Assembly: GCA_963924565.1 (NCBI GenBank)
Contig: OZ004610.1
Span: forward strand, 28,706,001-28,770,000
Direction: 5' to 3'
DNA length: 64,000 bases
DNA from: Ascidiella aspersa
Lineage: Eukaryota
Shown: positions 25,811 through 41,303 of the stretch, piece after piece
How the letters are laid out: the number at the start of each line of letters is the position of its first letter
Position numbering within the stretch: the first letter of the stretch is position 1
Notes under the pieces: generated by a model
Told to the model about the DNA's origin: nothing
Database searches by the model: none
Seen by the model: only the letters and a program-made list of their open reading frames with translations
Program-made: the position numbers and the translations under genes

Positions 25811-28800
25811 TTTTAACAGAATGGCGTAAATCAAAACAGCCAAAAATATTTGCATTCACAAGAAATTCAGTAATTTAAGGGAGTTGTGGCCACGTGCCCC
25901 GTGGTTCCGCCCCTACAACTGAGTCACACATTACTTCCAGAAATGCGTGCAGAACCAGACAACAGGGATGTTTTGTTTATCAAATCGTGAGGTTTGCGCA
26001 CAGCTAAAAAAAGTTAGCCGACTGAAAAGTTCTCCTTTTAGCAACCTTTTTGTGCCCTATAGGCGTAAATTAGTTATCAACCTGACACTAATGTGCTACA
26101 TTTCAAAAATTGCTGTCAGTTTAGCAAAATATATATCTCTGTTTACTGAATAAGCATGCATTGGTTAAAACACAAAAACTGATCCAAACTTTTTTGCATG
26201 TAAACTATTTGCTGTGTTACTAGCTACTCAAACATGACTGTAGCCGACTAACCGGCGACAAAGCCTACTGTTGCTGTGTTCAGTCATTTATCAACAGTCC
26301 TTCCTCGTTGTGCTGTAATTGCTGTTAGGCTCATACCGTCGTATAGGTCGAAGCGTTAACCTCAATAGGCCAAAGCTAATCTGTCGGCTGATTTCCTTCA
26401 GGGCAAGCGGAAAGCGAATCACACAACACAGCAGCAGCTCGAGCTTGTGGCTCGCAACGACTGATACGCATCGAAGCGAGTCTCGGTCAGGGCCAGATAC
26501 TGAGAGTGGCATGAATCCATCTCTCCCCAAAAGTTATGTTTTTGCCTATTTTATCTAAATAAATGTTATTGGGGTTTGTAGTTTGATTTAGCCCGTATGC
26601 ATAACCTAAATAAACTATGCATAACCTAAATAAATATATCTTTACAGTGTCGCTATTGCATCGCACGCTGCACCCCTCCTTTGAGAATTTAAAAATATGA
26701 AGGCACTGTATTTTTTCAGCTTTTGTGACCCTCTAAATGAAAATTCCAGATCCACCCCTGGTTAAGGTATTCAATCCGGGAGACTGGCCAGCGAACCCTT
26801 TACGTTACACTGAGTACGTTTTTCGCCTTTACGTGAACCACTAATAGGCCACTTAAGCGGTTTCGAGCTGTCGTTTGCTAGGCTCAAAGTTAAAAAAAAA
26901 AAAAAAAAAAAAAAGATAGACGAGCTTTCTCATTATACACCTTAAAATATTTTAATGCGATGTCATCTTTTGTCTAAAGCGCCTAAACGGCCTTCGTTTA
27001 AGTATCTGTCCTTTCGATAAATACGGTAAGGTGGACAGGAAACAAATGCATTACACAATATAAGGACTGCCAAATAAGATTATAACCATGAGGACAACTC
27101 CTACTTTTTCCTTTTTTCTTTTGCCTTGAAGCAACGCATTCTACTTTCGACAACCGTCACGGTCTGATGCTGAATAAGAAAAACATCGTATTTTCCATTA
27201 AACCTGTTATAAAAGATTTGCGCTTTTGGCGTAATTTGCTGTTTGATGACCCCTATTCTCAATTAATACCGTTTTCCTTTTACACAGACTTGGCAGGACA
27301 TACAAGGTTATCACAAGTTGCGTGACACTATCGTTGGCTCCTACAGCATTTTTTGCACGGTGTTGCAGTCTTAAAATGTACGCGATTGGACTACGTCGTT
27401 GATTTCCACTTGTAAGCATTAATATTTATGTAAGCATTACCTTATAAATTGAATTAATACCACTTAGTTTGCTGTAAAACTCAAGGTGCCTAGCTCATTA
27501 AACTTAACTGTGTAGCGGTTTGCGCTCCATATTGTTACCGGGTTGAAACCCAGGTCATTCAATTGAAACAGTTTGTTGGATTGTGACGTCGTTACACCAG
27601 CCTGTGTGAATTCATCAAACTGTCAACATATTGCTATACTCGTGTTTCGTAAACTGCTCAGAATTTCCTGTTTTTCTTTGCGTGGCAGAATCGCATTGTT
27701 ATGAAATTTAATTAAAGCCATTTGGTATAAAGTATATAAGGGATTTCATTTTATACCAAAAACGAGCAGTCTCAAACTGTTTACTCCTGGAGTCTAGATC
27801 GCGTACGTTGGAGGTAATTATTGTACGTATATCGGAAGTACCTGTGTGTGTTAGTTTTTTAAAGTAAACAATATAATATATGTATTTTACCATGTACAGA
27901 GCCTTTTACAGAAAAATCAACTTTAAGTAAACCAAACAAATAAATGAATTAGCTTTTCTTACATAACGTTAGTTGGAATATTATTTGGTTCTTTACCAAT
28001 TGAATTTAAATAAACAAATTTGCTGTGTTTGGCAAATGGAAACAGACATCGCCCATTTAGGAAATGTTCTCTATCCAAATATATACTTATCCTAAAGAAT
28101 ATTTTTCCATAATGACTCTCAATTTTTCTTTTATATGCTGGTTCTGTACACAGTTTAAATTCATGCTGTACTGCTCTGAATAGTTTTCAATACTTTTCGG
28201 TGTTAGAAATCTAGACACATTGAAATTGATACCATAAACTGAAAACTGACACCAAATTCTTTGTGAAAGAATCGTTCAAACGAAATATTTTTGCACCTCA
28301 GTGTGCTGTGTATTACTGAATTAACAAATCTAGGCTATTACTGATGTGCTATTTATGAAAGTGCAGCAAGAAATTAGCATTTGTAAAGTAGTTAAATTAG
28401 AGAATTACCTTTTGTCACTGAATTCAGTAAATACTTTTGAAAATAATATTATAATTGATTGCTCAGTATTGCGATATGTTATATAACGTTTTATTTTTGA
28501 CAACCTGCTCATATTTACTAAGTAACTATGTTAAGAACACATTGTGCATTTATAACTGTGATTCAGTCATTTCTGGAATAAAACAGTAAAACCAAATCAA
28601 ACTAATATCTACCACCAAATATCACTTAAACTGTCGCAATAAAGCATAACGATTGGGCGCTGCCATCGAAGCTTGATATTCGTACTGAATGGCGCAGTTT
28701 GGACGCCACTGTTGTTTGGTGTTACTTAAGGGTGTGTAATGGGTGGGGTTAGAATTTGAGTAGGGTTATAATTTGCGTGAAGTAGGAGGAAGTAATAGTG

Positions 28801-30838
28801 CGTTGATGGCCACGTATAAAGGGTAAAATTGACTTTTTTATGTAGCCTATAGAATTCAGCCTTTCTTAACCTGGGGTAATTTTACCCCTGGGGGTAAATT
28901 TCCTCGTTTTAGGGGGTAAATTAGCTATCAATTAAAATATCTATTTCATGATGACAGGGTATAAAAATTGTGCCAGCTGTAGGCCCAAGTATTGGTAGGC
29001 TGGTAGCCTACTTTCCTATAGTTCAGATTAACTGCTCATTTGAGCCCAGCCTATTAGCCTATTGATTCTTTATCGTCTAGTGTCGGTAACGTTATGCTTC
29101 GCTATTGATAATTTTTTAGTTTTATTGGCAACATCCTTTATTGTAACTTCATTTTCTGTTTGAATTCATCAGCTTCTTCAGGACCAGGAGTCACGGCATA
29201 GATTTAGGTAACTTGTCTGCGAGCAAAGTTTATTTTTGGTGCACTTTAGGCCCAGAAAGTTTAACGATAGCGGTCTTAAGTGCTTTATTAATTAGTAGCG
29301 ATAACGGTAAGGTCTAGTACACCTTTTAAAATTTTAGTGCTGGTTATGCATGTGATTGCCTATTTTTTGTCACTGGGTAGGGCTTAGCTGCCCAGTTAGT
29401 TTATTGTTGATCTTTTTAGCCCAATGATTAGGGCGTTGTAGTGGTAAAAACAATTGATTGACTGATTAAAATATTCTGTCAAAGTAACCATAAATTTAGT
29501 CATAAAAAATGGCATGTCCCAAAAGAAGAGAAAGTACCAGAAAAATTATTTAAATTTTAAATTTATATTGGTGTGTTTTGTGCATAGAAACATTTTCAAA
29601 CAGTACCACGAAACCTGCTCCTTTAAAACAACGCCTATAGCAAATGGTCATCCAAGTATGATGAACAAAAACTGGCCCTTAAAAAAGTATAAAAACTGTG
29701 CAGTCTTAAAAAACTGTGCGAGTAAAAACTGTGCAGTCTTAAAAGACAAAAAATAGACCGAACTGGAATGTTTTGACAACAATTCGTTGCCTAAAAGCAA
29801 TGGCAGCCGTCGCATTGATTATACCTAACGTAATTTGTTTTTTTCCTTTTTGTAAAAGATGAGCACCCTTTTATATATTGGGCGTAAATCTGATATTCAT
29901 CTTTGTCAAAAGGGCAAGAACCCCTGCTATATATATTACGTCGAGGTTTATTTATGGTAATCGCTATACTTGTATTCTAAACGATTTTGATGTCATCCAC
30001 CAGTTTTGCTGTTGTGAATGTTTGCACGCATTTATTGCGAATATGGTTTTATTTGCAGTTAGATGAATTCCGTCTTTGTAGTTATACAAAATTTGAATAA
30101 AAGTAAAGAAAGTAGAGAAGAAATGATAAGCTCCGATATATATCTAAATCAAAAATTCTGATTAAATGTTATAGCTGGTTAATTCAGTCAGCTCAGTTTG
30201 TGTCATATTAAATAAAGGGTTTCTTAACCGTTGCCCTTGGCACCCCTTAAGCTTTTTTTTGGGGGGGGGGTATTTACTTATGTTATGACCTCAGAGACCT
30301 CCTTTGTGACGTGACGTAATTTTTTTAACATTATTATACACAAATTGTTGAGCACACACAATGAAGAGGTGCACACCGTAGAAAGGTTAAAAACAACGAT
30401 GATAAGGGAAATTGACGATAACATGATAATATAGCTGCCCAATCGTTATTAAAATGTATAGATTCAGAATCGTTATAGACAAGTAAAAATCAAATGGAGG
30501 TATTATATAGGGGCTATACGTCATGTTATGAAGACGTGTCACAACAATCATTATCAATAAACATTATAAAACACGCTTAAACCTCGATAACAACTTCCAA
30601 TATTATATTATACAAAACGGTGTTTTAAAGCTTTTTTTAATGCGGACCCCTAAACTTTTTTTGCTTCGCGGGATCAGGGTCCGCATAACATTTTAACCAG
30701 CCAATTTTAGAAACCGGCTGTTTTAGGTCCAACAACTATAAAACTGAAATGGAGTCTTACATTCAAGGAGAAGGCGCCAAAGCGTTTTTTTTTTTTTTCT
30801 TTTTTGAGATATACACCTTAGGTATCGTACCTTTAAGG

Positions 30839-31119
30839 CAGTGATTCCCAAACTGTGTGCCAAAAAGGGTGCCGCGAAACTTTTTGTAATTTTGGAAAAG
30901 TGAGTATTTGTATTACCAATAGGCATACACGCAAGCATTTTAGACTTAAATACGTACTATCCATTACGAATTAATAATTTTGAGACACTTACATGTGGTT
31001 TGTCGCGTGTTATAAGGGCGATTGTAAAATTACTCTATTGTTGTTCTGTTAAAAGTGTGCCGCGAAATTGTTAAGATTTGTTTAGTGTGCCGCGAGCCAA
31101 AAAAGTTTGAGAACCACTG
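30839..31119. mobile_element. hAT MITE (CAGTG..TC.CAAAC TIR)
   Basis: TIRs cagtgattcccaaac...gtttgagaaccactg and perfect 8-bp TSD CTTTAAGG. Confidence 0.88.
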
Positions 31120-31340
31120 CTTTAAGGCATCTACATACCACAGTTGAAGAACCCCTGATATATAGTTAGATCCTATCAAAGGCGATGGTAAGTGCGTGTT
31201 GAACCATATATCCAACAAAGTTAACAAGTTGTACACAAATTGTCAGAAACAATTAAACTAAAAACACTTAAAAAGGAGCCTCAATTAAAGAAGGATTATA
31301 GTTGAATAGCAAGGGATAAAAGAAGGTCTTGACACCTTTT

Positions 31341-34300
31341 TCAATCGAAAACGCGAAACTTTCCTTCTGCGATCAGCTGCTTCCATACCCGGCCATTGGG
31401 AAACTCGTGGTCATCCAGCGATTTCTTCTTCATTTCTGTGGAATAGCCGGCGTCCTACAAATGTCCAAAACAACGTGATTTATCCGTGAAATTTAGCACA
31501 CTTTCCGTTTCTAGTTGCATACGAGTTATTATAGTTATCAATACTTCGTGAGTAAAAAAATTAATATTCACCCCAAAAAAATTAAATTAAAATTTAGCCC
31601 TGGAGAAAATGTATTAGACATGCAGAAAATAAAACGAATAAAACAGTTTAAAAGTTTCTCGTGGGTCTATCACCGGAAAGTATAAAAGACAAAGTAATCA
31701 ACAATGTTATTTACTATAAACATATTTTTTGATTTACTAAATTGAGATTACTAGATATTTTTTTTACCTAATAAGGACGTAAATTTTATTACAGATGACT
31801 TGCAAGTGTTAAAACAACTTTATGATAAAATATTTTTTCCATTTTAAATATAAGTTTTCTGGGTTTTTGAGGCAAAAAAATAAATTTAAAGCGATATAAG
31901 TTTAAGCACAATATAGATAGATAAGTTTCTTGCGGCAAATGTTTATCTGTAGGAAAGAAGAACGTTGCGGAAGTAAGTTTTACATTAAATAACAATTTTA
32001 AGCTTTATTTTACAAAAAAGTTAACAAAAAGGCAACACGATCGACTGTTGTTTAGAGACTCTCGATCAACTGGTTCAGTAAAAGAAGTCACAAAACCACT
32101 TATTAAACGTTTTAAGCGTTAATTGCATTCCAAGCTAGCGATGGAGGTTAATTTGTTATGTTAACGAACGCCTTTTTAGGTTTGTCCAAACAGCAATTGG
32201 TCATTTTAATGCTCCGCTTGTGTGCGACAGCTACTGTAGCGACGTAACACATATTCGACGCGATCGATCGGTCGATCGCCATCGACGTGTCGGCTTCCCC
32301 TGGTGTATTCAATTGCATGGTAAAACAACTTTAACCTTCGCATTTACCTTGGGCGCCATATAGCGGGTGTTTTTAACCTCAATCGGATACTCAAAGTGCT
32401 CGTGCAGATGGTCGACGTACTCGCAAACCCTGTCGACACAAAGAAAAATATCGCACGTCAGAGGGCTGACGTCACGCCGTATATGATGACGTCATTGTGT
32501 TTACCTGCCCTCTGTTGTGGCGGAGACGCAAAGAAAGTCGAACATGGCCAGGTGCTGAACCAGCTCGCACAGCCCCACACCGCCCGCGTGCGGACAAACT
32601 GGCACTGCATAAAAATCAAAAATAAAAACCGTTGTTGTTAATTTAGTATATCTTTGTTAAGATTTAGTGAAATTTATGCCCAATGTGGTAAAGTCCTTTT
32701 ATAAAACCCAGTGGAGGTAATCATAAATTACCTTAAGTCCAATCAAGTCATTTGCGAGGGATAGCAAGTCAAGAGCCATAGACCAGGTAATTGTCATAGC
32801 AAGCCAAGTCCAAGCATTGCATAAAAACAAACTGTAAATTGACTAAGATTGGCCAATTATTTGAACTAAAAAAGTGGTTTTACTATTTGTTTTTCATTAG
32901 CAAACAACAAAAGCTTAACATATAACAAGCAACTTAAGTTACAAGCAGAAGTCGGTGTAAAGCAAGCAAATTTTACCTAAAACTATTGGAGGAAAATACA
33001 TAAGGCCAAGTCAAGTCATTTTTTCCCAAACGACCGAAGGCAATCAGGTCATTTAAATAAACAAAAAAAGAAACAGTGACTTAAGTGCACCAAAAACATA
33101 AGATTGCAATAATACCAAGTGATCATGAAAATAACCCTTTTTAATAGAAACTGATAATACAACGCCTTTTTTAACTGCTTTACTTTTTTTTAATGAAACG
33201 AACGGTAAGAAAAAGTATAATGTGTTATTTGTTCAGATAATTCATCATTGATTAACTTCCCTGTTGTTAGCTCGTATATTTTTTGTAATACTGTAGTAAA
33301 TACTAGGATTGTTATGTATGAAGTGTTTTCTTTTCTGTATGTAAGCGCCCGTCGTATACAGGAGTATAAGGTTTGGTGCTATAATACGTAACATACCTCC
33401 GATTTAACGCATTTATTTCGATGTGGGGAAGTTAGGTATCAATAGGCATCGGTTTGTTCTACAAAATTATCCAGCCTACCAGCAAGGTTCACGCCCGCCT
33501 TGGAAAATGCTCAAATTTACCTTAATTGCGTGGGCCTAACTAAAATAAACTTCACATATGAGTTACATGTCAACCCAAATTCCACAATAATTGCGCCTCG
33601 TCTTTACACAACAAAATACAGTTTCGCCAAAAATCCGAAACGCCCCATGTTAACAATACATTAGCCACATATTACCGTTGAATTTCTTGGCCAAGAGAAG
33701 GATGGCGATATTCTCGTTTACTGATCCGACGCGGCAGGAGTCGATTTGCAGGAACTGCAGCGCATCGGATTGGAGGAACTGCTTGAAGAGGACGCGATTC
33801 TGGCACTGCTCCCCCGTCGCCACCCCGATTCCGAGGGGTTTCATCGCCTGATAAAATCGCATAAAGTTTTATAAGCCAAAGTTGAAACAGTACAAATTTT
33901 ACTGGAAGTGATCGTTAGCTGCATTTTTGTTTTTAGGGCAAATGAGAAGCGTTTTCTATTGTCATAAATGTTATTAGATAATATTTACCAAACATAAATT
34001 ACATATATAAAAACTGAGAGGGATTAGGACTATTTCAGAAGGCAATTAACGAAATTAATAATATACACAGTTATACTTCTCTGTATGTTATGGAGATTTC
34101 CGATAATATCGGTTTGGGAGCGGATACACGATGCCAAGTGGTAGTATCGGTGGTCATCCGATACTATGGTGGTTTCGCTGCCGATATCAAATTAATGCAG
34201 GTATTTCAGCTATGATTTGCGATCATACGCAGCGATTATACCTTGAAACGTATTATTTAAAAAGAGGTGGACAGCTATAGTGGCAACTAAATTTCATAAA

Positions 34301-37300
34301 GCAAGCTTTGGCCTCATAACCTAGAAAAATTACCTTAGGGCGTTTTAATTTCACCAGCTATGCTTGTTTCAGCATAGTAAGGACGTGATTTGTAATCATA
34401 TCAGATCGCAAAACTTTTAGTCTAAAATATCGGTTGTCGGAATAAAATTTCAATATCGGTTATCGGAATAAAATTTCAAGTATCGGACATCTCTTCTATG
34501 TTATAACGTATTGGAACAGTGTCAAAACTTCAAACCTCCAATGTGAACTAGCCAAGGCTAAAAAATGGACTTTTCATTGAAAAGGCAAAACACCCTTTCA
34601 AATGCTTCGATGATTTTTGCAGGAAGATTTATTGAGAAATAAAAAATATCATTCGATGTGATGCACAAACATTCTACTAAAATCTTAATTTAAATGCATT
34701 CAAGGAGATGTCCTGGTAAAAACGAACATTTTTACCGGGCATTACTGCAAAATTTATAAGAACGCCGTTTCTGCAGCCATTTGTTTACCGGAACGCCGTT
34801 CAGGACCGTTCCAATTTTGCCACTTGTATAAAATATCTTTAAATCACAGCGCCAAGCAACAGTGGCCAAGTCAAAACATTGCACCCCGGAAACGACCTTA
34901 TGCAGGAAGCGGTCAAGTTGGGCGGCAAGTCACCTTTGCGATGGCGGCATGTCCCAGAACGTCGTCTGGACTCGTGGGTTCTTCGATCCAGAGCGGTTTG
35001 AACTCGGCGAGTTGCTTCATCCACGTTATGGCCTCATCAACATCCCAACGCTGGTTGGCGTCCATCATCTGAACGGCAACATTACACAGGTTAGAATTTT
35101 CACACAGGTTACAACCACCACACAGGTTACAACCACACGGATTGTTTTTTAGAGAACCACTGGTTTAGGAAACAGAAAAGTTTCACCCCGTTGCCAAATA
35201 CAGGCAGCAATACAAGGAAAAAAAGTGTGTGTAACGCCTGGCCCGTTGGAACAGATGACTTACAAGCTGCTTCTCCCAACCAATCTGGTCCCTGATCAGC
35301 TTTGCTCGTCTTCGGTCGTCGGCAACATTCACTCCAACCTTCATCTTAAACCTGTTAGGAAAAATAAGACTTTCGCCGACTGACACAATTCGATTTACAT
35401 GCAATTTTGTATAACAATTTTGCGTTTACGACTAAATTGCGTTACAAGACAGCGCGCAAAATCATCCGAAGTATACAGGAACGTACACATGCTCTAATAC
35501 AGTGGTTCTCAAACTGGGGTCCGCGGTCCTTTTGGGGTCCGCGAGACAATTTCCGGGGACTGCGAAGCACCTAACCAAAAATCAACACGACGCTCCTGAT
35601 GAAGAAAACTTGTTGTGCAATAAAATTTTCAGGCAACTTAAAACAAAGCTGAATATAGTTGTTTTTTGAAGTTATTGTACGCTTAGGGTTGAATTGTCCA
35701 TTGTGACGTCATAGTCTTGCGTTGTTTTAATGAGAATTGCGTTTTCACAGCTTGCTGCGATGACACTGTGGGCTGTACAGTCAGTCACGGTTTTAAAACT
35801 GTTCGTGATTGCTTTACTCAAATAAAGTTATTCGTTAGAGGTTAACATAGCCGAGCTGAAAGCAAAGAAGCAAGTTTACCCGTCCCATTTATACCATTAA
35901 AAACAAATGTTATTTTGTGTATATTTTGAGGGACCGTGAGCGATTTAAAAAGTTGCTGAGGGGCCGTTGCGTAATTTTGTTTTTAAAGTTAAGAACCACT
36001 GCTCTAGTAGAGGTTTCTCAACCGTGAATGAATTATCAGGAATGATTTCAAAATTACAAGGAATTTGTAAGTCGTGTTTTTATGTTGTTTTATGGTCAGT
36101 GTTTATATTAAAGGTGCAAAAATACTTTTTTTATTTTATTTTACGTCGTTTTTACTAGGACAAGCGCTATCCTCGTTTATTCCTAACAATTTGGTACTAA
36201 TATGGTGTAACAAATGCCTAAAATTCTAAAGAGATTATACTCTGTGTTATATTGAAATGTTTAAAGGTGTATTTGCAGGTGTTCATTTTCTTAGGGAAAT
36301 TGAGTTTTAAATAGAGAAATAGAGGCTGAAGGGGTCAAGAGGAAGGAAAGGTTCAGAACCACTAGGCTATACCGTTACTAGTGGCGTAAGCATATTAGGG
36401 GATAAAAATAAAGCACTTCGTGCATAACCTATAGGTTATTTAAAAAAAGAGTACAATTCTGCCCATCACGTTACTCACATTGTCCAGCCTTCGCTGAGAG
36501 CATCACGGCATCTCTGAAAACAATATATATAAGACTTTAAATGTAAACAGAACACCATTTCACAAACTGGACACGAATTGGTAAAAATTGCACGCGATTT
36601 TGATTTATAGGGATAGAGCAAGGCTGGACAAGCTACGACTCTATGTTTTTGTGCGGCTCAGTTGTTTAAAGAGTAATATTTAATTTTGGAGAGAGGTGAT
36701 ATTTCATTCAAAACATAATAATTGCCACTTATTAATCTGGTTTAACCACTGTGAGGTAACACTGCGGCGTGACCGATTCAAATACCTTAACATTTATTAG
36801 GTTGTTACAATGGGTAGCGTAGGCCCATCACTTTTTTGTAAAAAGTCTGTAATACCCGTGATTTGTTACCAAGTTTTAAAAGACTGCTGGGTTTGTGGCC
36901 CGCACAACAGATTACTCCCCCGTTTTCTGACGCGGTTGCCTAAAAAATTCACCCCATGGTAATCCACTTTATACGGTTCTTTAAACTACTAAATTTTAAC
37001 TGTGGCTCCTGAGCTGAAAAGTTTTCCTACCACTGGTTTATTATATTTACGTTGAAAGGGATATTTCCAGCTTAAAGGGAACTATAAAAAAAAAACTTTC
37101 TCCTTATAAACTGTAATTATAGTCTCATTTTTAGTCGCAAAGATCCTAGATCCACCCCTGATAAACAGTTGTTGTGATAAAATGTTAAAAAACTACTCAT
37201 TCTAAAAATAAAATTGCCAGTTAAAAATGTTTGCGGCCCGCCGAAACCCCTTTCTGAGTTTGGCTTAAGCTCGCATCTAAAGGTTGCCGACCCCTGAACC

Positions 37301-40300
37301 AAAATATAAGGATTTCATACGTGTTTTCTAATACAGACTAATTTCTTTGTCTCTTTACCTGAACCAGTACTTCGTCAGAATACCCAAGCCACGCAGTGGA
37401 GGTCGTATAAGCGGGAAATCCGTCAGAAAGCAGTTGACGTTCTATTAAACGTTGTAAATATTTTATTTCTATAGTTTTATGCTAACCCGTGTATAATGAC
37501 ATTAAGACTATTTGTCGTCCGTTTATATTATTACTAATAAACATAAAAACAAATGTTAAAAATATTAATTATGTCAAGTTATAAAATATTCAGTCACCTC
37601 GTTCGGGTTGGGTAACCTTGTTGTTTCGCAGTATTTCTAGGGCTTCATCTTTTGTCAAAACGTCAGTTCTGTAGTGAAAATACTGGTTACATATAAGTGA
37701 AAAAGGTGTAAAACAACTTTCAACTTACATGTAGCTAAAGTCGATCAGGTTTACGATTTCTTCTGGTGTCATGTCGCATAGAAGTTTCCACACAGGCTGA
37801 AAAAAACACGGATGTTTAAATAACAAACTAACAACTAAGAAACAAAAAGTTAGAAAGCAGATTTTCGTTTTCCATGCAACATATAATTTTTCATCGATAT
37901 AATCTATCGATGCTTTAACCCTAGGATTTTTAATAAGCTATTTTGTATACCATTTCAGTAAATAGGACATATAGTGCAAATTTGGTATTAGTGTTTGAAT
38001 GTTTTAACGATAATTGTCTTTAAATAAAGTCAAATAAGGCTAAATAAAGAATAAGTTCTTGGATAACAGATGGGCATGAAAGAAAAAAATAGTTCACCAA
38101 TTTGAAAAAAAGAAGTAGCTATATTTGATTTTTTCCAATCAAGTTATACGGTAATTTTGTCAAGAAAGCGGGTCAGCGCCTGTTTGGTAATGGGCGATAT
38201 TGAGAGAGATCGAACTTACCTTTCCAGCTTTTCTCGCCCAAAGATCCCACAGAGCGTTGAACACGCCGGCTGCTGCCATGTGGACGACCCCCTTTTCTGG
38301 TCCAAGCTGCAGATTAAAACATACGTTTTGTTAACGATGGCTTACACGATGACCAGCAGACATGGACAACTTGATAATTCGAGTTAACTAAATCAAAGAA
38401 TTAAAGCAAATTGCGGCTAATTGTAATTCTAATCTAAGTTGCGAATGGCTTTTGCGTTCTCAAATTCTAGATATACTCTAATTCAAGTTTTACCAAAAAT
38501 GCTCCTTTGTCCAGCGTCATTTTCAATCATTCAGTTGAAGCAAAGTGCTTCACTTAATACTCTGGTCAAAACGACTTGAATGTGAATTTATAGTGTAAAA
38601 AGCATAGGTGACATAAGAAGTCATAATATTATCACAGTGCTATTTGTTATCCACACTTTAGTACAAATTTAAATAAAATAATTCTAGTTTAAATTGTAAT
38701 TTTTTTACAATTTTTTGAGAATTCGGTAAAAATAATTCTTCCTTAATTTAAAAAATTGCAAATGATCTCATTTGAATTCTAATCTAATTTCAAAAAAGCT
38801 AAAATAAATCTAGTTGTCTCAGTATGACGACGTGAAGCACTTGCGTTGCTCACCCATCTCATTTGTCCGTTTTGGGTGATTTCGCGCCAAAACTTGCCAA
38901 AGTTGGAGAAAATTTCGGACACCTTGCGGCCGGTCACGTGATGGCTGATGACGCGGGCAGCTTTTGCGACTAAAAAAAGAAGGAAGAGTTAAAGCATGTA
39001 GCTTAAGGCTTAAGCTATACAACAGTAGATTATTATATCTATTTAGAGCAATCATTTGGCATAATTACCGCCCACAGTCTCACAGCGTTGTACACTTGTG
39101 CTCCTTGTCAACAATTGACATGGCCTGTATTTTGAAGATTAGCAAAGCAACTGTGCTCCTTGTCAACAATTGACATGGCCTGTATTTTGAAGATTGCGTT
39201 GTTTCGAAACAACACGAATAGTTACGTAACTATAAGACTGGGCTTCGGGGAATTTTTTTTATTGAAATAAAACAAGAAAACAAAATATAAAGTTATGAAT
39301 CCAGGGTTATGTGAAAAAATGGATGCTCCTCGCGTACCACCTGAAAAACCTTCGCGTACCACTAGTGGTACGCGTACCACAAGTTGGGAACCCCTGCTCT
39401 ACAGGAAGTTATCCAAACTGTCATAAATGTGTCAATCCAGCGATAATGCCTTTTCAAAAATGGCGACCCTAACTGTAGATGATGTGGCATTGTAGGTTTT
39501 ACTGATTGTTTTTTGTTGCACAACGAACACATTGCGTTCGATAGGGTGTTTCGTTACGACCTCCAAATAGGAGCACACATTTCCGCTTATTAAAGGCAGT
39601 ATTGCCGTTCATTAGCATGAAGAAAAAAGCCTAGTTTTAAACAATAAACTCCGAACAGGCATAAGTTTTAAAACTTAGGTAAAATTTGATAAACCTGCTG
39701 ACTCTTTTTCTGTTCTGTTTGCCTTGCTTCACTAAAGTCGAACATATACTTTTATAATTTAGCGTTCGCGAAAGTGAAGCCACAAAAGCTGAAGCATGTA
39801 CAAAAAAACAGTTTGTTATGGTCTTACTTATGTCGTTTCCGTGGCCCAACGAAAAGGTCAAACCGCACCCAGTTACTCCATCGTCGGCATCGGTTTCTAT
39901 TGTAACGTATACGGCGGAGTAGTCAACTTCGCCGTGCTGAAACAAAAACGTGCAATTAAAGTTTGGTTAGGACTAACTGAGTTCATTTGACATACAAATC
40001 ACTCATTACTAGTCATTAGTCCTAACAGCGCATATATTAAATATATGCACTGGTCCTATCCCCCAGGTGTTTACATTTGGCGCCTTTTACGTTTAGAAGT
40101 ATTCATGTGTGACCAACATTTTAGCTGCTATGTTCAGTGCTTACGCGTCACGACATCTTTCACGAAATCCTTGCATAAAGGAAAACAGGAACGAACTGCC
40201 TTCAGTATGCAGTTTGTACACAACACGATTCACTACGCTAGCGTTGACCACCCTTTAGTCTGGTTTAAAACGCAAACAATATACTTAACGACTGAGACAC

Positions 40301-40821
40301 AAAACGCTTCATTTAACCAGGTTTATCACATAGCAGGACTTTCGAAAACTTTTTAGTTTGCCTAACCTTTGAAGTTGGAAAACCTTTCTGCGACCTTTTA
40401 CGTTTAACAGTGATGAACAGACGCTTTTCGTGTGCTTTTGACATGCATGATTATGCAATACTTTCGGCATTACTGATGTTGAATGACTCAAACCACAATG
40501 CATATAGATTTAACATTTGTGTAAAATACATCAAGCCCTAACCGCTACCAGTAAAACATGTTAAAAGACCACCAGGTTGGGAATCTCTTCTTTATAGTAC
40601 TGTTAATTTCTAAGATTATACATTCTCGACATACCTTAGTAACCCTGAAAAAATGATATTTTAGTTACACGCTGTTAGCATAAACACCGTTTTTAAATCG
40701 TTTCTTGCAGATTTATTCAACAGCAACTTACCATAGCGTCAGAGCCATGATGTTCCAGAGATGTTGGAAAGCGAATGTCCCTGACAGTCACCTTGCTTAT
40801 TGTACCTGCGTATTCCGCCAT
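31341..40821 (-). CDS. ENOSF1: Mitochondrial enolase superfamily member 1 (rTS-beta / L-fuconate dehydratase), ~449 aa
   Basis: 14 GT-AG exons: 40821-40732, 39936-39828, 38969-38854, 38306-38220, 37796-37729, 37668-37598, 37441-37359, 36513-36479, 35351-35264, 35068-34934, 33847-33676, 32604-32505, 32429-32348, 31454-31341 (1350 nt). Motifs [104 protein letters not shown]. Confidence 0.96.
35500..36001 (+). mobile_element. Non-autonomous hAT (Buster-type) element in an ENOSF1 intron
   Basis: TIRs cagtggttctcaaac...gttaagaaccactg, TSD ctctaata/ctctagta, residual transposase tail ..KKQVYPSH. Confidence 0.8.
39097..39195 (+). repeat. Short direct duplication (~44 bp x2)
   Basis: tgtgctccttgtcaacaattgacatggcctgtattttgaagatt occurs twice. 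Confidence 0.85.
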
Positions 40822-41303
40822 GTTTCTGCTAGCATTAAATTTCGCATGCAGCAACGTTTAGTATGCTGGCTGACTGTCGGCAGGCTAAAGTCCACAACTG
40901 AGCAAACAAAAAAGGTTTAGCTTACTGCTTTGCAGACGGCCGCTACGGAGGCTACAGTTGCTGGCGATTTCAAATAGCAGAGGCAAGTATGTTTTATTGT
41001 AATATCTCTATGTAGACGCCTGCCAACAGAAAGAATGATGAACAGAAATAGGACACCTTGTTAGGAAAGCAGCAATATGACGATAATAGTGCTGTTGACA
41101 GGTAGAGCTAGGCTAGAGGCGTTTCGGCCACAACTGTTTACTGTTTAATGTGTGTTATTGGTGAGGGTTGTTTACGTTTAGTTTTTGTTATATTTTTAAA
41201 CAAGCTATTTAAATGTAGGCCTATGTGCAAAATACAAGTAACATTCTAATTTTATTCTATACTATTACCAAATTCTTTGTTGTTTGCCTTTTAATTAATA
41301 GTC
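40822..41303. promoter_or_regulatory. Bidirectional promoter region between divergent ENOSF1 and PPCS, probably including a PPCS 5'UTR intron
   Basis: Only 482 bp separate the two start codons. Candidate donor gag|GCAAGT at 40983 and acceptor taatag at 41301, two bases before the PPCS ATG. Confidence 0.6.

Noticed and set aside
27880-28400. CpG-poor stretch with faint resemblance to decayed SLC22-like exons
   Set aside because: Multiple stops and no convincing motif; a pseudogene call cannot be supported without a search.
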